Positions 9,540 through 19,382 of a stretch of 64,000 nt of DNA are shown here, piece by piece. The notes under the pieces are model-generated. The model ran no database searches. It was not told the origin of the DNA and worked only from the letters and a program-made list of their open reading frames with translations. The position numbers were made by a program, and so were the translations under genes. The stretch comes from Pseudomonadota bacterium. GTDB lineage: Bacteria > Pseudomonadota > Gammaproteobacteria > JBCCGL01. The DNA lies in assembly GCA_039029275.1 (NCBI GenBank), contig JBCCGL010000005.1, positions 209,122-273,121 of the forward strand. The letters are read 5' to 3'. Every line of letters starts with the position of its first letter. The first letter of the stretch is position 1.

Positions 9540-10325
9540 CTATTGCATTAGCCGAGATACCATAGGCTCCATTGACTCCGCCCAAATTTCATACCCGACT
9601 CTTTTCAAGTGCAATCCGTCTCGCATTATTTTTTTTGATACGCCACCGTTCGCAGACAAAAAACTTTTTGAGATATCGAGGTACCAAATATTCTGCTCAT
9701 CCGAAAATCCTGAAATAATCTGATTAACTTCATCATTGCGCGCTCTTTGTTGATCGCCAGCCTCAAAGCCTCTTGGGAAAATGCCCAATAACAAAATTTT
9801 GCTCATCGGCAGTTTATTTTGCAAAAAGTCCAGGATCTTCTTGATTCCATCAGCGGTGTCAGCTGCCTCGTCCATTAGATGACCTGTGTTATTTGTTCCG
9901 ATCATTAATATAACCAGCTTCGGGGACAACCCGTCGACGGCGCCATTTTCTAACCGCCACAAAACGTTTTCGGTGCGATCCCCATCGAAACCTAAATTAA
10001 GTGAATTTCTGTGCGAGTAGTATTTTGCCCACGCTGCTCGCCCATTGGTTTCCCAACGCTGCGTAATCGAGTCACCGATCATGACAAGGTCAATTTGGTC
10101 CTCGTGAGCTTTTTGCACGAGTTTCTCCTGATGCCGTTCCATCCACCATTTTTCAACCTCTCGCGGAACCGGGGCAACTGCGGACTCCCCTTGCTGTCGT
10201 TCAAACATCGGTTCGAACGCGCTTGATTTCTTATAGAAAAACCAAACGCCCGCTATCGCGATGAGTACAAGGATGAAAATTTTAATCATTTTGTCCATTA
10301 ATCCGAGCAAAGGCGCGTTACGCAT
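9540..10325 (-). CDS. SGNH/GDSL-family hydrolase (PAF-acetylhydrolase-like), N-terminal membrane anchor
   Basis: MIGDSITQRW (GDS block), MIGTNNTGH and DGLHL (the DxxH block) match the SGNH fold. There is an N-terminal hydrophobic helix. Confidence 0.7.
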   Translation of the reverse strand: MRNAPLLGLMDKMIKIFILVLIAIAGVWFFYKKSSAFEPMFERQQGESAVAPVPREVEKWWMERHQEKLVQKAHEDQIDLVMIGDSITQRWETNGRAAWAKYYSHRNSLNLGFDGDRTENVLWRLENGAVDGLSPKLVILMIGTNNTGHLMDEAADTADGIKKILDFLQNKLPMSKILLLGIFPRGFEAGDQQRARNDEVNQIISGFSDEQNIWYLDISKSFLSANGGVSKKIMRDGLHLKRVGYEIWAESMEPMVSRLMQ

Positions 10326-10755
10326 ATATGTGCAGAGTGGGCAATATTACGAATTCGCGAAAAAAATAACCGAGAACAACGAAACCAGGTTTGCCACACG
10401 TTTGGAAAAGTTCACGACGTGCCCAGCGTACACATGCAATCCTATCGACACCTTGCCAAACTTATTTTACTTTTTTACAACGCCTGACTATCGAATCGGC
10501 TCGCTGCAAACATGGACGACAACGTAAGCCATAAAGGGATCACGGGTAAAGCCTACTCCATTTGCCGTATAAATTAACAAATTACTAATACGAATAACTC
10601 TCATTATTTTCTTCATTAATATCAAATAGTTAAAAAATTCCGGTTCTACTAGATACCGAAAAAACATCGGCGTATGCTGGTGTCGTCGCCGCCATTTAAC
10701 CGGTTCGCGGAACACAAAAAACACCAAACCAGCAAAGTCTACCCAGGAGGAATTT

Positions 10756-11229
10756 ATGCTCAAATCATTGAGTATCGACCCAGGTAAATGCACAGGTTGT
10801 TTGCAATGTGAGATGGCCTGCTCATACGAAGCCGAGGGTGTTTTCAACCCTTCAAAATCGCGTATCAAAGTCTTTACCTTTCATGACGAGGGGCGGTTCG
10901 TTCCCTACACATGCACGCAGTGCGCGGAAGCCTGGTGCCTGCAGGCCTGCCCGGTAGATGCGATTGTGATCAATGCCGATACCGGCGCCAAAGACATCCT
11001 CAATGATGTGTGCGTGGGCTGCAAAGTCTGCACCATCGCCTGCCCGTTCGGCACCGTGAACTACAACCAGGATACCGGCAAGGTGATCAAGTGCGATCTC
11101 TGCGGGGGTGATCCCAAATGCGCCGAGGCATGCCCCACCGATGCGATCACTTACGTTGACGCCGACGCTACGGGTCTGGAGCGCATGCGCGCCTGGGCGT
11201 CAAAAAGCGACAACCAGCCGGCAGCATGA
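10756..11229 (+). CDS. 4Fe-4S ferredoxin-type electron-transfer subunit (AorA-like)
   Basis: Four CxxCxxCxxxCP-type cysteine clusters. It lies immediately upstream of the AOR gene, as in bacterial AorABC. Confidence 0.8.
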   Translation: MLKSLSIDPGKCTGCLQCEMACSYEAEGVFNPSKSRIKVFTFHDEGRFVPYTCTQCAEAWCLQACPVDAIVINADTGAKDILNDVCVGCKVCTIACPFGTVNYNQDTGKVIKCDLCGGDPKCAEACPTDAITYVDADATGLERMRAWASKSDNQPAA

Positions 11230-11241
11230 GGGGGTGACATC

Positions 11242-13101
11242 ATGGCTTGGACAAAGAAAGTACTGCGTGTCAATTTAACCGACGGCAGCGTCGTCCGCGA
11301 GCCCCTCAACATGGAGTGGGCAAACGATTATCTCGGTCAGCGCGGATTGGCCACCCGTTACATGGTTGAAGAAGTCGACCCCGCGTGCGACGCGCTTGGC
11401 CCCGACAACAAACTGATCTTTGCGACCGGTCCTTTAACCGGCACAAACGCATCCACCGGCGGTCGCTACTCGGTTATCACCAAAAGTCCGCTGACCGGTG
11501 CGATCGCGTGCTCGAATTCGGGAGGATTTCTGGGCGCCGAGCTGAAAATGGCGGGGTGGGACATGATCGTATTCGAGGGCAAGGCAGCATCCCCGGTGTA
11601 TCTCAACATCGAGAACGATGAGGCCGAGCTGATCGCTGCGGACGACCTCTGGGGTAAATCGGTTTGGGAAACCGACAAGGTCTTGCATGAAAAGCACAAC
11701 GACCCACAGATGCGTGTCGCCACAATTGGCCGCTCGGCCGAGGCGGGTTGTCTGTTCGCGGCGGTGATCAACGATCTGCACCGCGCTGCGGGGCGCTCAG
11801 GCGTGGGCACCGTGATGGCATCGAAAAACCTCAAAGCGGTCACCGTTCGCGGGACCAAAGGTGTCGGAAACATCAACGACCCCGCGCGCTTTATGCAGGC
11901 GGTCAGCGCCGGTAAAGCCGTGCTGGCGGAAAATGCCGTCACCGGACAGGGCCTGCCCACCTACGGCACACAGGTGCTGATGAACGTGATCAACGAGGTC
12001 GGCGCCCTGCCGACGCGCAACATGCGCGAAGTCCAGTTCGAAGGCGCGCACGATGTCTCGGCGGAGAAAATGGCCGAGTCACGCGCATCCGACGGCAAGC
12101 CAAACCTCACCACAAACGCCGGCTGCTTCGCCTGCACGATTGCCTGCGGGCGCATCTCGACCGTGGACCAAAAGCACTTCAGCGTCGAAAACAAACCGGA
12201 ATACTGGGGCAACTCGGGTGGACTCGAATACGAAGCGGCGTGGGCCTTAGGGCCGGATACTGGCGTTAACGATCTCGACGCGCTCACCTACGTTAACTTT
12301 CTCTGCAACGAAGACGGCTTCGACCCAATCAGCTTTGGTGCGACGGTCGCGGCGGCGATGGAGTTGTTTGAGGAAGGCGCGATCACGACCGAGCACACCG
12401 ACGGAATCGAACTGAAATTCGGTTCCGCCGAGGCGCTTGTGGCGGTCACTGAGCTCACTGCCAAAGGTGAAGGTTTTGGCAAAGAACTCGGTTTGGGATC
12501 CAAGCGTTTGTGTGAGAAGTACGGACGACCGGAACTCTCGATGACGGTAAAAGGGCAGGAATTTCCGGCCTACGATCCGCGCGGCATTCAAAGCATGGGG
12601 CTGACCTATGCAACGTCCAATCGGGGAGCGTGCCACCTGCGCAGCTATACGGTTGCGGCGGAAGTTTTGGGGATTCCGGAAAAAACTGACCCGCTGGTCG
12701 CCGACGACAGCAAAGCCGGGCTGGTCAAAGCGTTTCAGGACGCGACTGCCGCGTTCGATTCTGCCGGGTTGTGCATCTTCACCTCATTTGCATGGACCCT
12801 CGATGACGTGGCGCCGCAGGTCGACGCGGCGTGCGAGGGCGACTGGAGCCCGGAGCGACTGGCCGAAGTGGGCGAGCGGATCTGGAATCTCGAACGCGAC
12901 TTTAACAACAAAGCGGGGCTGACAGCCGCTGACGACAAATTGCCGCAGCGCCTGCTCAAAGACGCGGCCAAAACCGGCCCGGCGCAAGGCAAGGTCTGCG
13001 ACCTCGACAAGATGCTGCCCGCCTATTACGAGCAGCGTGGTTGGACGCCTGATGGGGTGCCAACGGATGCAACGCGCGCGAAGTTCGGACTGCCCGCCTG
13101 A
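11242..13101 (+). CDS. tungsten-type aldehyde:ferredoxin oxidoreductase catalytic subunit (AOR family, AorB-like)
   Basis: 619 aa. The N-terminal domain MAWTKKVLRVNLTDGSV…YLGQRGLATRYM…GPLTG and the C-terminal …CHLRSY… region are characteristic of the AOR family. Confidence 0.9.
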   Translation: MAWTKKVLRVNLTDGSVVREPLNMEWANDYLGQRGLATRYMVEEVDPACDALGPDNKLIFATGPLTGTNASTGGRYSVITKSPLTGAIACSNSGGFLGAELKMAGWDMIVFEGKAASPVYLNIENDEAELIAADDLWGKSVWETDKVLHEKHNDPQMRVATIGRSAEAGCLFAAVINDLHRAAGRSGVGTVMASKNLKAVTVRGTKGVGNINDPARFMQAVSAGKAVLAENAVTGQGLPTYGTQVLMNVINEVGALPTRNMREVQFEGAHDVSAEKMAESRASDGKPNLTTNAGCFACTIACGRISTVDQKHFSVENKPEYWGNSGGLEYEAAWALGPDTGVNDLDALTYVNFLCNEDGFDPISFGATVAAAMELFEEGAITTEHTDGIELKFGSAEALVAVTELTAKGEGFGKELGLGSKRLCEKYGRPELSMTVKGQEFPAYDPRGIQSMGLTYATSNRGACHLRSYTVAAEVLGIPEKTDPLVADDSKAGLVKAFQDATAAFDSAGLCIFTSFAWTLDDVAPQVDAACEGDWSPERLAEVGERIWNLERDFNNKAGLTAADDKLPQRLLKDAAKTGPAQGKVCDLDKMLPAYYEQRGWTPDGVPTDATRAKFGLPA

Positions 13102-13180
13102 TTCCGGGGTGTACCGCACGGCGGCGAGTGAAACCGTCGCCGATTTTTTAACGATTCGGTCTTAAGCGAGTTACCAGACA

Positions 13181-14449
13181 ATGCAGCACGTTATCATTGG
13201 CGCGGGCCCCGCCGGCGTCATCGCCGCCGAACACCTGCGCAAGCTCGATCCAGCCAGCGACGTCACAATTATTGGCGATGAGCCAGAGGCGCCCTACTCG
13301 CGCATGGCGATCCCGTATTTCCTTATCGACAAAATCGAAGAGCGCGGAACCTTTCTGCGCAAAAGCGTCGGTCACTACGACGATCACCGCGTCAACGTCA
13401 TGCAGGATCGGGTAACGGCGATTAACTCCGACTCAAATACTCTGACGCTCAGAGGTGGCGGAACGCAGTCTTACGATCGCCTGTTGATCGCCACCGGTTC
13501 GCGCCCAGTATCGCCGCCGATTCCTGGCATGGACTTGCCCGGTGTTCACACCTGCTGGACGCTGGCGGATTCGCGCCACATCGTCGAGCTGGCCAAACCG
13601 GGCTCCAAAGTCGTGCTTATGGGCGCCGGATTCATCGGTTGCATTATTCTTGAGGCCCTGGCGTCGCGCGGCGTCGACCTCACGGTAGTCGAGATGGAAA
13701 ACCGCATGGTGCCGCGCATGATGGATGAAGACTCGGGCGGACTGATCAAGCGCTGGTGCGAATCAAAAGGCGTCACGGTGCTGACCTCCACCCGAGTGGC
13801 GGGTGTTGAAAAAGGCAAGGAAACGGCTTTGGCAATATCGCTTGAAAATGGCGACACGCTGCCGGCCGATCTTTTGATCTCGGCCACCGGAGTGACCCCG
13901 TGCACCGATTTCCTCCAAGGCAGTGGTATCGAAATCGATCACGGCATTCTGGTCGACCATCATTTGCGCACCAACGTCAGTAACATATTTGCCGCAGGTG
14001 ATGTCGCGCAAGGGCGTGACTTTTCCACCGGCGGGTATTCCGTGCAGGCGATCCAGCCAACCGCGGTCGAACACGGCCGGATCTGCGCAAACAACATGGT
14101 TGATGGTAACGAAATCACCCACGGCGGCAGTATCAACATGAATATCCTCGATACGATGGGACTCATTTCCGGCTCCTTCGGCATGTGGGAGGGTACCGAC
14201 GACGGTGATACAACCGAGCTGAGCGATCATGGTCGCTATCGATACCTGCGACTGAATTTTCAGGACGATGTTTTGGTCGGGGCCAATAGTCTCGGCCTGA
14301 CCCAGCACATTGGCGTGCTCCGCGGTCTGATCCAGAGCAAGCTGCATCTCGGTGCATGGAAGGCACGCTTGATGGACGACCCAACCCAGATCATGCCCGC
14401 CTATCTGGCCGCCACACAAGGCATGGGGTCGACGACCAAAGTGCAGTAA
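13181..14449 (+). CDS. FAD/NAD(P)-binding pyridine nucleotide-disulfide oxidoreductase (AorC-like)
   Basis: Two Rossmann motifs (VIIGAGPAG and VVLMGAGFIG) plus an AAGD FAD motif. It sits between the AOR gene and the MoaD-like gene. Confidence 0.8.
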   Translation: MQHVIIGAGPAGVIAAEHLRKLDPASDVTIIGDEPEAPYSRMAIPYFLIDKIEERGTFLRKSVGHYDDHRVNVMQDRVTAINSDSNTLTLRGGGTQSYDRLLIATGSRPVSPPIPGMDLPGVHTCWTLADSRHIVELAKPGSKVVLMGAGFIGCIILEALASRGVDLTVVEMENRMVPRMMDEDSGGLIKRWCESKGVTVLTSTRVAGVEKGKETALAISLENGDTLPADLLISATGVTPCTDFLQGSGIEIDHGILVDHHLRTNVSNIFAAGDVAQGRDFSTGGYSVQAIQPTAVEHGRICANNMVDGNEITHGGSINMNILDTMGLISGSFGMWEGTDDGDTTELSDHGRYRYLRLNFQDDVLVGANSLGLTQHIGVLRGLIQSKLHLGAWKARLMDDPTQIMPAYLAATQGMGSTTKVQ

Positions 14450-14453
14450 AGGC

Positions 14454-14705
14454 GTGAAAATTACGCTGAAACTCTACGCCACGCTGAGTGATTTGCTGCC
14501 CTCAGGCGCGCATAAAAATGCGGCCGAAATCGACGTCGATGAAAACGTCACACTCAACGAGATTATTCAGCGTTTTAATATTCCGCCTGAGCTGGCGCAT
14601 CTGGTGCTGATCAACGGACACTTTGCCTGCGAGGCTGATCGCGACAGGTCGATGCTTAAATCGGGTGATGTGCTGGCGATCTGGCCGCCGGTGGCTGGGG
14701 GATAG
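14454..14705 (+). CDS. MoaD/ThiS-family small sulfur-carrier-like protein
   Basis: 83 aa ending …IWPPVAGG (a C-terminal Gly-Gly). GTG start 5 nt after the upstream stop. Confidence 0.6.
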   Translation: MKITLKLYATLSDLLPSGAHKNAAEIDVDENVTLNEIIQRFNIPPELAHLVLINGHFACEADRDRSMLKSGDVLAIWPPVAGG

Positions 14706-14728
14706 CCGCCCTGCACTTCACCCGCGAT

Positions 14729-15001
14729 ATGGGCATTAACCGCCGCGATTTTTTTCGCATCCTGCCCACTGCCATCGGCAAAAGTGACCACGCAATCGAC
14801 GGATCGCAGATCAAGATTTCGCCGATAGGAGGCGTCGGCACGCTGAATATTTCACTCGGACCCGAGGGTGAGCGTCGCTTGTCCGCATTAATGGTATTGC
14901 CGCGAATGCGGGTGGATTTCGATTTCGTCGAGGTCAGTGACGAAGAGGCCCAGGCGTTTATGGCAAACTTCGATTTCTACTATCGGAGAGGTGGAGGTTA
15001 A
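14729..15001 (+). CDS. hypothetical small protein (90 aa) ending in RRGGG, translationally coupled to the next gene
   Basis: ORF with an N-terminal NRRDFFRI motif. Its last codons (GGAGGTTAA) form the Shine-Dalgarno sequence of the downstream GTG-initiated gene. Confidence 0.3.
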   Translation: MGINRRDFFRILPTAIGKSDHAIDGSQIKISPIGGVGTLNISLGPEGERRLSALMVLPRMRVDFDFVEVSDEEAQAFMANFDFYYRRGGG

Positions 15002-15002
15002 C

Positions 15003-15413
15003 GTGAGCGCGACCGGCCAATGCCTGTGTGGCGAAGTGCGATTTGCTTTTGGCGGTGAACCATTGTTTACCCTGCATTGTCATTGCCAGAGCTGTCGTCG
15101 TTTTAGCGGGGCGGCAGTTGCCACTTATGTTGGCGTAACGAAATCAGACTTTAAATGTGAGGAGGGCGCCATCAGCTTTCACGAGTCAGCCCCGGGAATA
15201 CGTTGGGGCTCGTGTGCGACCTGCGGCACATCGATCTGCTACGAGGCCGATTGGTGCGCTGACGAGATTCACCTTTTGATCGGCACGCTCGACACACCGG
15301 ATCGGTATGTACCGCAGCGGCATTCGTTTTATTCAGAGCGCCTTGCGTGGCTTGATCTGGCGAGCGAGTTGCCCAAAAGTGATGAGAGCCTCAGCACCGA
15401 ATCACGTGACTGA
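15003..15413 (+). CDS. GFA-family (glutathione-dependent formaldehyde-activating/CENP-V-like) zinc protein
   Basis: CLCGEVRF…HCHCQSCRR…CATCGT cysteine pattern typical of the GFA domain. GTG start preceded by GGAGG. Confidence 0.6.
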   Translation: MSATGQCLCGEVRFAFGGEPLFTLHCHCQSCRRFSGAAVATYVGVTKSDFKCEEGAISFHESAPGIRWGSCATCGTSICYEADWCADEIHLLIGTLDTPDRYVPQRHSFYSERLAWLDLASELPKSDESLSTESRD

Positions 15414-15450
15414 GACTGCCGAAACCGCGTACTTGAGGTAAGCTTGAGGT

Positions 15451-16470
15451 ATGGCAACGCAACTCACCGACAAATTTAGGCGTCCGCTGCACGATCTGCG
15501 AATTTCAGTTACGGATCGCTGCAACTTTCGTTGCGTGTATTGCATGCCCAAATCCGTGTTCGACGGTCACAGGTTTCTGGCGCGCAGCGAACTTTTGAGC
15601 TTTGAGGAAATCGAGCGCGTGGCGCGCGTATTCGTCGACTACGGCGTCAAAAAGCTCCGCATTACCGGCGGCGAACCCATGATCCGTCATCAGTTAGAAA
15701 AACTGATTGAACGCCTCGCGAACATCCCCGGTGTCGAAGATATCAGCATGACAACTAACGCCTCAATGATGACGGTCAAGCGCGCACGTTCGCTCCGCGA
15801 CGCAGGCATGCAGCGGCTTAATGTGAGCCTGGACGCGCTCGATGACGAGACATTCAAAGCTGTTAATGACGTCGATTTTCCGGTTGAGCGAGTGCTCGAA
15901 GGTGTTGCCGCCGCCGATTCCGTCGGGTTCGAATCGATCAAGATCAATATGGTTGTGAAAAAGGGCATGAACGGCCACAGCATCGTGCCGATGGCGCGCT
16001 ACTTTCACGGCAGCGGGCAAATCCTGCGTTTTATTGAATTCATGGACGTGGGCAATTCGAACCAGTGGAACTACGACTCGGTGATTTCATCGCGTGAAAT
16101 CGCAGACATGATCGACGCCGAAATGCCGATTGAACCGGTGCAGGCCAACTATCGCGGTGAAGTCGCCAAGCGCTGGCGATTTAAAGACGGTGGTGGCGAA
16201 ATTGGCATCATCTCGTCTGTGACTGAACCGTTTTGCGGCGACTGTTCGCGCGCGCGATTATCGGCGGTGGGCAATCTGTATACCTGTCTGTTCGCATCCC
16301 ATGGTCACGATCTGCGCGAGGTTATCCGCGCGGACGTTGACGAGTCATTACTGCGCGAACGCGTTAAAACTATCTGGTCAATACGTCGGGATCGATACTC
16401 CGAAACGCGCACCAGTGAGTCGGTCATTTCGATTGTTCCCAAGGTCGAGATGTCGCATATCGGTGGCTGA
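15451..16470 (+). CDS. moaA: GTP 3',8-cyclase (molybdenum/tungsten cofactor biosynthesis protein A)
   Basis: Radical-SAM motif CNFRCVYCMP, the C-terminal Fe-S cluster CGDCSRARLSA and the GG tail identify MoaA. Confidence 0.9.
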   Translation: MATQLTDKFRRPLHDLRISVTDRCNFRCVYCMPKSVFDGHRFLARSELLSFEEIERVARVFVDYGVKKLRITGGEPMIRHQLEKLIERLANIPGVEDISMTTNASMMTVKRARSLRDAGMQRLNVSLDALDDETFKAVNDVDFPVERVLEGVAAADSVGFESIKINMVVKKGMNGHSIVPMARYFHGSGQILRFIEFMDVGNSNQWNYDSVISSREIADMIDAEMPIEPVQANYRGEVAKRWRFKDGGGEIGIISSVTEPFCGDCSRARLSAVGNLYTCLFASHGHDLREVIRADVDESLLRERVKTIWSIRRDRYSETRTSESVISIVPKVEMSHIGG

Positions 16471-16537
16471 CGCTCGTTTGACGACTGCAGCGCTCGCTGT
16501 TTTGATTTAATTTTAAAACCAAACCGCACTTACACGT

Positions 16538-16876
16538 ATGAAAACCATTGACTGGTCGGAATTCCGACAAGTAGAGCTTCGAGTTGGTACCGTAACCAGC
16601 GCCGAGGTGTTCGAAAAAGCGAGAAATCCGGCTTATATTTTGCACGTCGATTTCGGTAACGAGATTGGTGTCCGAAAATCCAGCGCGCAAATCACCGATT
16701 TGTACTCAACCGGCGAGCTCGTCGGCAAGCAAGTGGTTGCAGTGGTGAACTTTCCGCCGAAGCAGATAGGACCGATCATGTCGGAGTGTCTGGTCACGGG
16801 TTTTCATCGCGAAGACGGTGCAGTCGTGCTGGCGGTACCGGACAAAGACACGCCCAACGGCGCCAAACTCGCCTGA
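16538..16876 (+). CDS. tRNA-binding (EMAP/CsaA-like) domain protein
   Basis: 112 aa. LRVGTV…GKQVVAVVNFPPKQIGP…MSECLV matches the CsaA/Trbp111 fold pattern. Confidence 0.7.
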   Translation: MKTIDWSEFRQVELRVGTVTSAEVFEKARNPAYILHVDFGNEIGVRKSSAQITDLYSTGELVGKQVVAVVNFPPKQIGPIMSECLVTGFHREDGAVVLAVPDKDTPNGAKLA

Positions 16877-16888
16877 AGCGATGAGATA

Positions 16889-17254
16889 TTGGTCAAAATG
16901 GTTTACACAAAAGACGAGGTCATTGAAGGCTTCGAACTGACTTTCGATCCCGGCGACAAGCTCAATGCCAGTTTGTATTTGGGGGTCCGACCAGACGGCT
17001 TGACACCCGCGCGAATCGACGACGCCATCACCGCGCTGCGTGAAAATCAATTGTGGTCGGACGAGCATCCGAGGGTCGTGCGCGATGATCAAAAGCAGGC
17101 GTACAAGGATCAACTTGATTTTGTCGAAGCCTTTTCATACGACGACGGTTCAATTTTGATCGCCCGTTTTGATCATCCGCAGTATCCGTCTGACACGGGT
17201 CGCTGGCGCGCGCTGATGATGTTCTTTAACAGCACCTATTCGCGCGACAGATAA
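16889..17254 (+). CDS. hypothetical protein
   Basis: 121-aa ORF with normal-looking codon usage. I recognise no family. Confidence 0.4.
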   Translation: MVKMVYTKDEVIEGFELTFDPGDKLNASLYLGVRPDGLTPARIDDAITALRENQLWSDEHPRVVRDDQKQAYKDQLDFVEAFSYDDGSILIARFDHPQYPSDTGRWRALMMFFNSTYSRDR

Positions 17255-18162
17255 ACTATTCCTCCAAGCGTCATCGCCATGCCCGCAGCGTGATAGATGG
17301 TGAAGCTCTCGCCAAGCAATGAAACCGCAAGCGCGGCTGTGGCGATTGGGCCAATACTGGTGATCACACTGGTTTGACTCGCACCGATACGACCAATCGC
17401 AGCGCTGATCAAAAAGGCTGGGAGCGCGGTAGCGACGACCCCGATTAGCATTGTCAGCATCAGAACTGGCGTCGGAAGAAACAAATCATCGATGGGTCGT
17501 GTGAATGCAAAATGAACCCCGATCACCACGCTGGCCGTGCCCATCGCGATACACGTGAACATCGCACTGCCGAGTTGGCTGATGCACGGTTTGCTGAAAA
17601 GGAAGTAAACCGCAAAACACAGCGCGCTCGCCAATACCAGGACGCTACCTGTTATCGCGTCGCTGCCCAGCGAGCTGAAATCATGCAGAAAAATTAGCAC
17701 TACGCCGCCGTAGCTCAGCGGCAGCGCCAGCAACAATCGTCTGGATATTTTTTCAGAAAATATCAACCACGCGAGAAAGCACACAAATGTGGGGTAGATA
17801 AACAACAGCATGCGTTCGAACTGCGCGGTGATATAGGTCAGGCCAAGCAGATCGAAGTACGCCGCGCCGTAGTAACCAAGAATTCCGACCGCCATCGAAT
17901 AAAGGATGTATCGTTTGTCGAGCGTGCGAGTTTTTGCGGTGCGTCTGGATGAGTACCATCCCACGATCAAAAATATGGGAAACGCGAATGCCATGCGCAA
18001 AGCCATCAGCGTCTCTGTGGCAACGCCGTGCTGATAAACCAGTTTGATTAAAATCGGTTTGAGTGAAAACGTAATCGCCCCGGCGAGTGCAAAGTACAGA
18101 CCTGCACGGGATTGGTTACCATGTAGTGCGTTGATAGCGGGCATTGAAGGTTTTAAATCCAA
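17236..18162 (-). CDS. DMT-superfamily (EamA-like) transporter
   Basis: Ten hydrophobic helices in two EamA-like halves. Confidence 0.75.
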   Translation of the reverse strand: MDLKPSMPAINALHGNQSRAGLYFALAGAITFSLKPILIKLVYQHGVATETLMALRMAFAFPIFLIVGWYSSRRTAKTRTLDKRYILYSMAVGILGYYGAAYFDLLGLTYITAQFERMLLFIYPTFVCFLAWLIFSEKISRRLLLALPLSYGGVVLIFLHDFSSLGSDAITGSVLVLASALCFAVYFLFSKPCISQLGSAMFTCIAMGTASVVIGVHFAFTRPIDDLFLPTPVLMLTMLIGVVATALPAFLISAAIGRIGASQTSVITSIGPIATAALAVSLLGESFTIYHAAGMAMTLGGIVYLSRE

Positions 18163-18194
18163 CGAGTTTGCCGTCGTGGCGTGTGGAAACGATT

Positions 18195-19382
18195 ATGTTC
18201 GATTTATCTGATCTCGCAAACAAACGTTGCCAACAAGTTCGGGCGGCAATGATAACAGCGCAGTTGCCTGCACTGCTGGTTCTTGATCCTGTCAACATCT
18301 TTTACGCAACCGGCGCGCGCAATATGAGCGTGTTTGCCATGCGCGTACCCTCGCGGTACTTGATGATGTTCGCCGAAGGGCCGACGATTCTTTTTGAGTA
18401 CACGGGGTGCGAGCACCTCGCAAAAGGGTTACCGACAATCGATCAAATCCGACCCGCACGCGGCCTGTGTTACGTAAGCTCGGGAAACAACACTGAAGAG
18501 GCCGCCAGAGGTTTGGCCAGCGAAATCGCGGATTTGTATCGTGAGTACACCAGCGCGGATACGTCGCTCGCAATCGACCGCTTTCCACTAACGGTTACAG
18601 ACGCACTGCGTGATCAAGGGTTTTTGCTTAGCGATGCCGATCCGGTTTTTGCCCGCGCGCGCAAAGTCAAAATGCCTGAAGAAATCGAGGTTATGCGCGA
18701 AGGCGTGCGGCGCGTGGAATCGGCAGTCGATGTATTCAGAACTTCGCTTTTGCCAGGACGCTCCGAGTCAGAAGCCTGGAGTGAATTCCATCGCCCGTTT
18801 ATCGCGACTGAGGGCCAATATGTAACCACCCGCTTGATGCAGTCCGGCGAGCATACGTTTCCCTACTTTCAGGAATGCGCCAGTCGCACAATCGAATCCG
18901 GCGATTTGGTTTGTCTGGATACGGACGCACTCGGGTTCGGAGGGTATGCGGTCGACTTTTCGCGTACGTTTATTTGCGGTGACAAAGCACCGACCGCGCG
19001 ACAGCGCGAGCTTTATCAAAGGGCAAAGGATCAACTCGAGTGGAATTCCAGCTTGATCAAACCCGGCATCACGTTCGAGGAAATCGGAAACAAGGCATGG
19101 CCAGTGCCGCACGAACACCAAGCCAGCCGTTATTACTGTGTCGCACACGGTTTGGGCATGTCGGGTGAATTTCCGAACATTGCACATGCGACAAAAGGTG
19201 AACCCTATCCGATTGATGGTCTGGTCGAGTCGGGAATGGTTTTATGCGTTGAGAGTTATATTGGTTGTGAGCGAACCGGTCAGGGCGTCAAATTGGAGGA
19301 CCAGTTCGTCGTCACCCAGAACGGTGCCGACGCGATGAGTCGCTACCCTCTTGACGATCAGTTTTTGAATCGAGAAATTTAG
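18195..19382 (+). CDS. M24-family metallopeptidase (Xaa-Pro aminopeptidase/creatinase-like)
   Basis: Creatinase-type N-domain followed by the pita-bread domain (…DLVCLDTDALGFGGYAVDFSRTF… …HGLGM… …ESYIG…). The start is taken at MFDLSD to avoid overlap with the divergent EamA gene. Confidence 0.75.
   Translation: MFDLSDLANKRCQQVRAAMITAQLPALLVLDPVNIFYATGARNMSVFAMRVPSRYLMMFAEGPTILFEYTGCEHLAKGLPTIDQIRPARGLCYVSSGNNTEEAARGLASEIADLYREYTSADTSLAIDRFPLTVTDALRDQGFLLSDADPVFARARKVKMPEEIEVMREGVRRVESAVDVFRTSLLPGRSESEAWSEFHRPFIATEGQYVTTRLMQSGEHTFPYFQECASRTIESGDLVCLDTDALGFGGYAVDFSRTFICGDKAPTARQRELYQRAKDQLEWNSSLIKPGITFEEIGNKAWPVPHEHQASRYYCVAHGLGMSGEFPNIAHATKGEPYPIDGLVESGMVLCVESYIGCERTGQGVKLEDQFVVTQNGADAMSRYPLDDQFLNREI

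Noticed and set aside
10326-10755. Sigma54-like promoter upstream of the AOR Fe-S subunit gene
   Set aside because: TGCCAC…TTTGG and GGCTCGCTGCA do not have the required GG-N10-GC spacing.
10488-10868. 126-aa minus-strand ORF overlapping the start of the Fe-S subunit gene
   Set aside because: It overlaps a strongly supported CDS and an AT-rich promoter region. No family resemblance.
11385-13119. Many 65-165-aa ORFs nested inside the AOR gene on both strands
   Set aside because: Typical GC-rich antisense ORFs. The 619-aa AOR reading frame fully explains the region.
16505-16530. CTTACACGTATGAAAA resembling the TTTACACG-AGTAAA motif
   Set aside because: It overlaps the csaA-like start codon. 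Similarity is partial and probably coincidental.
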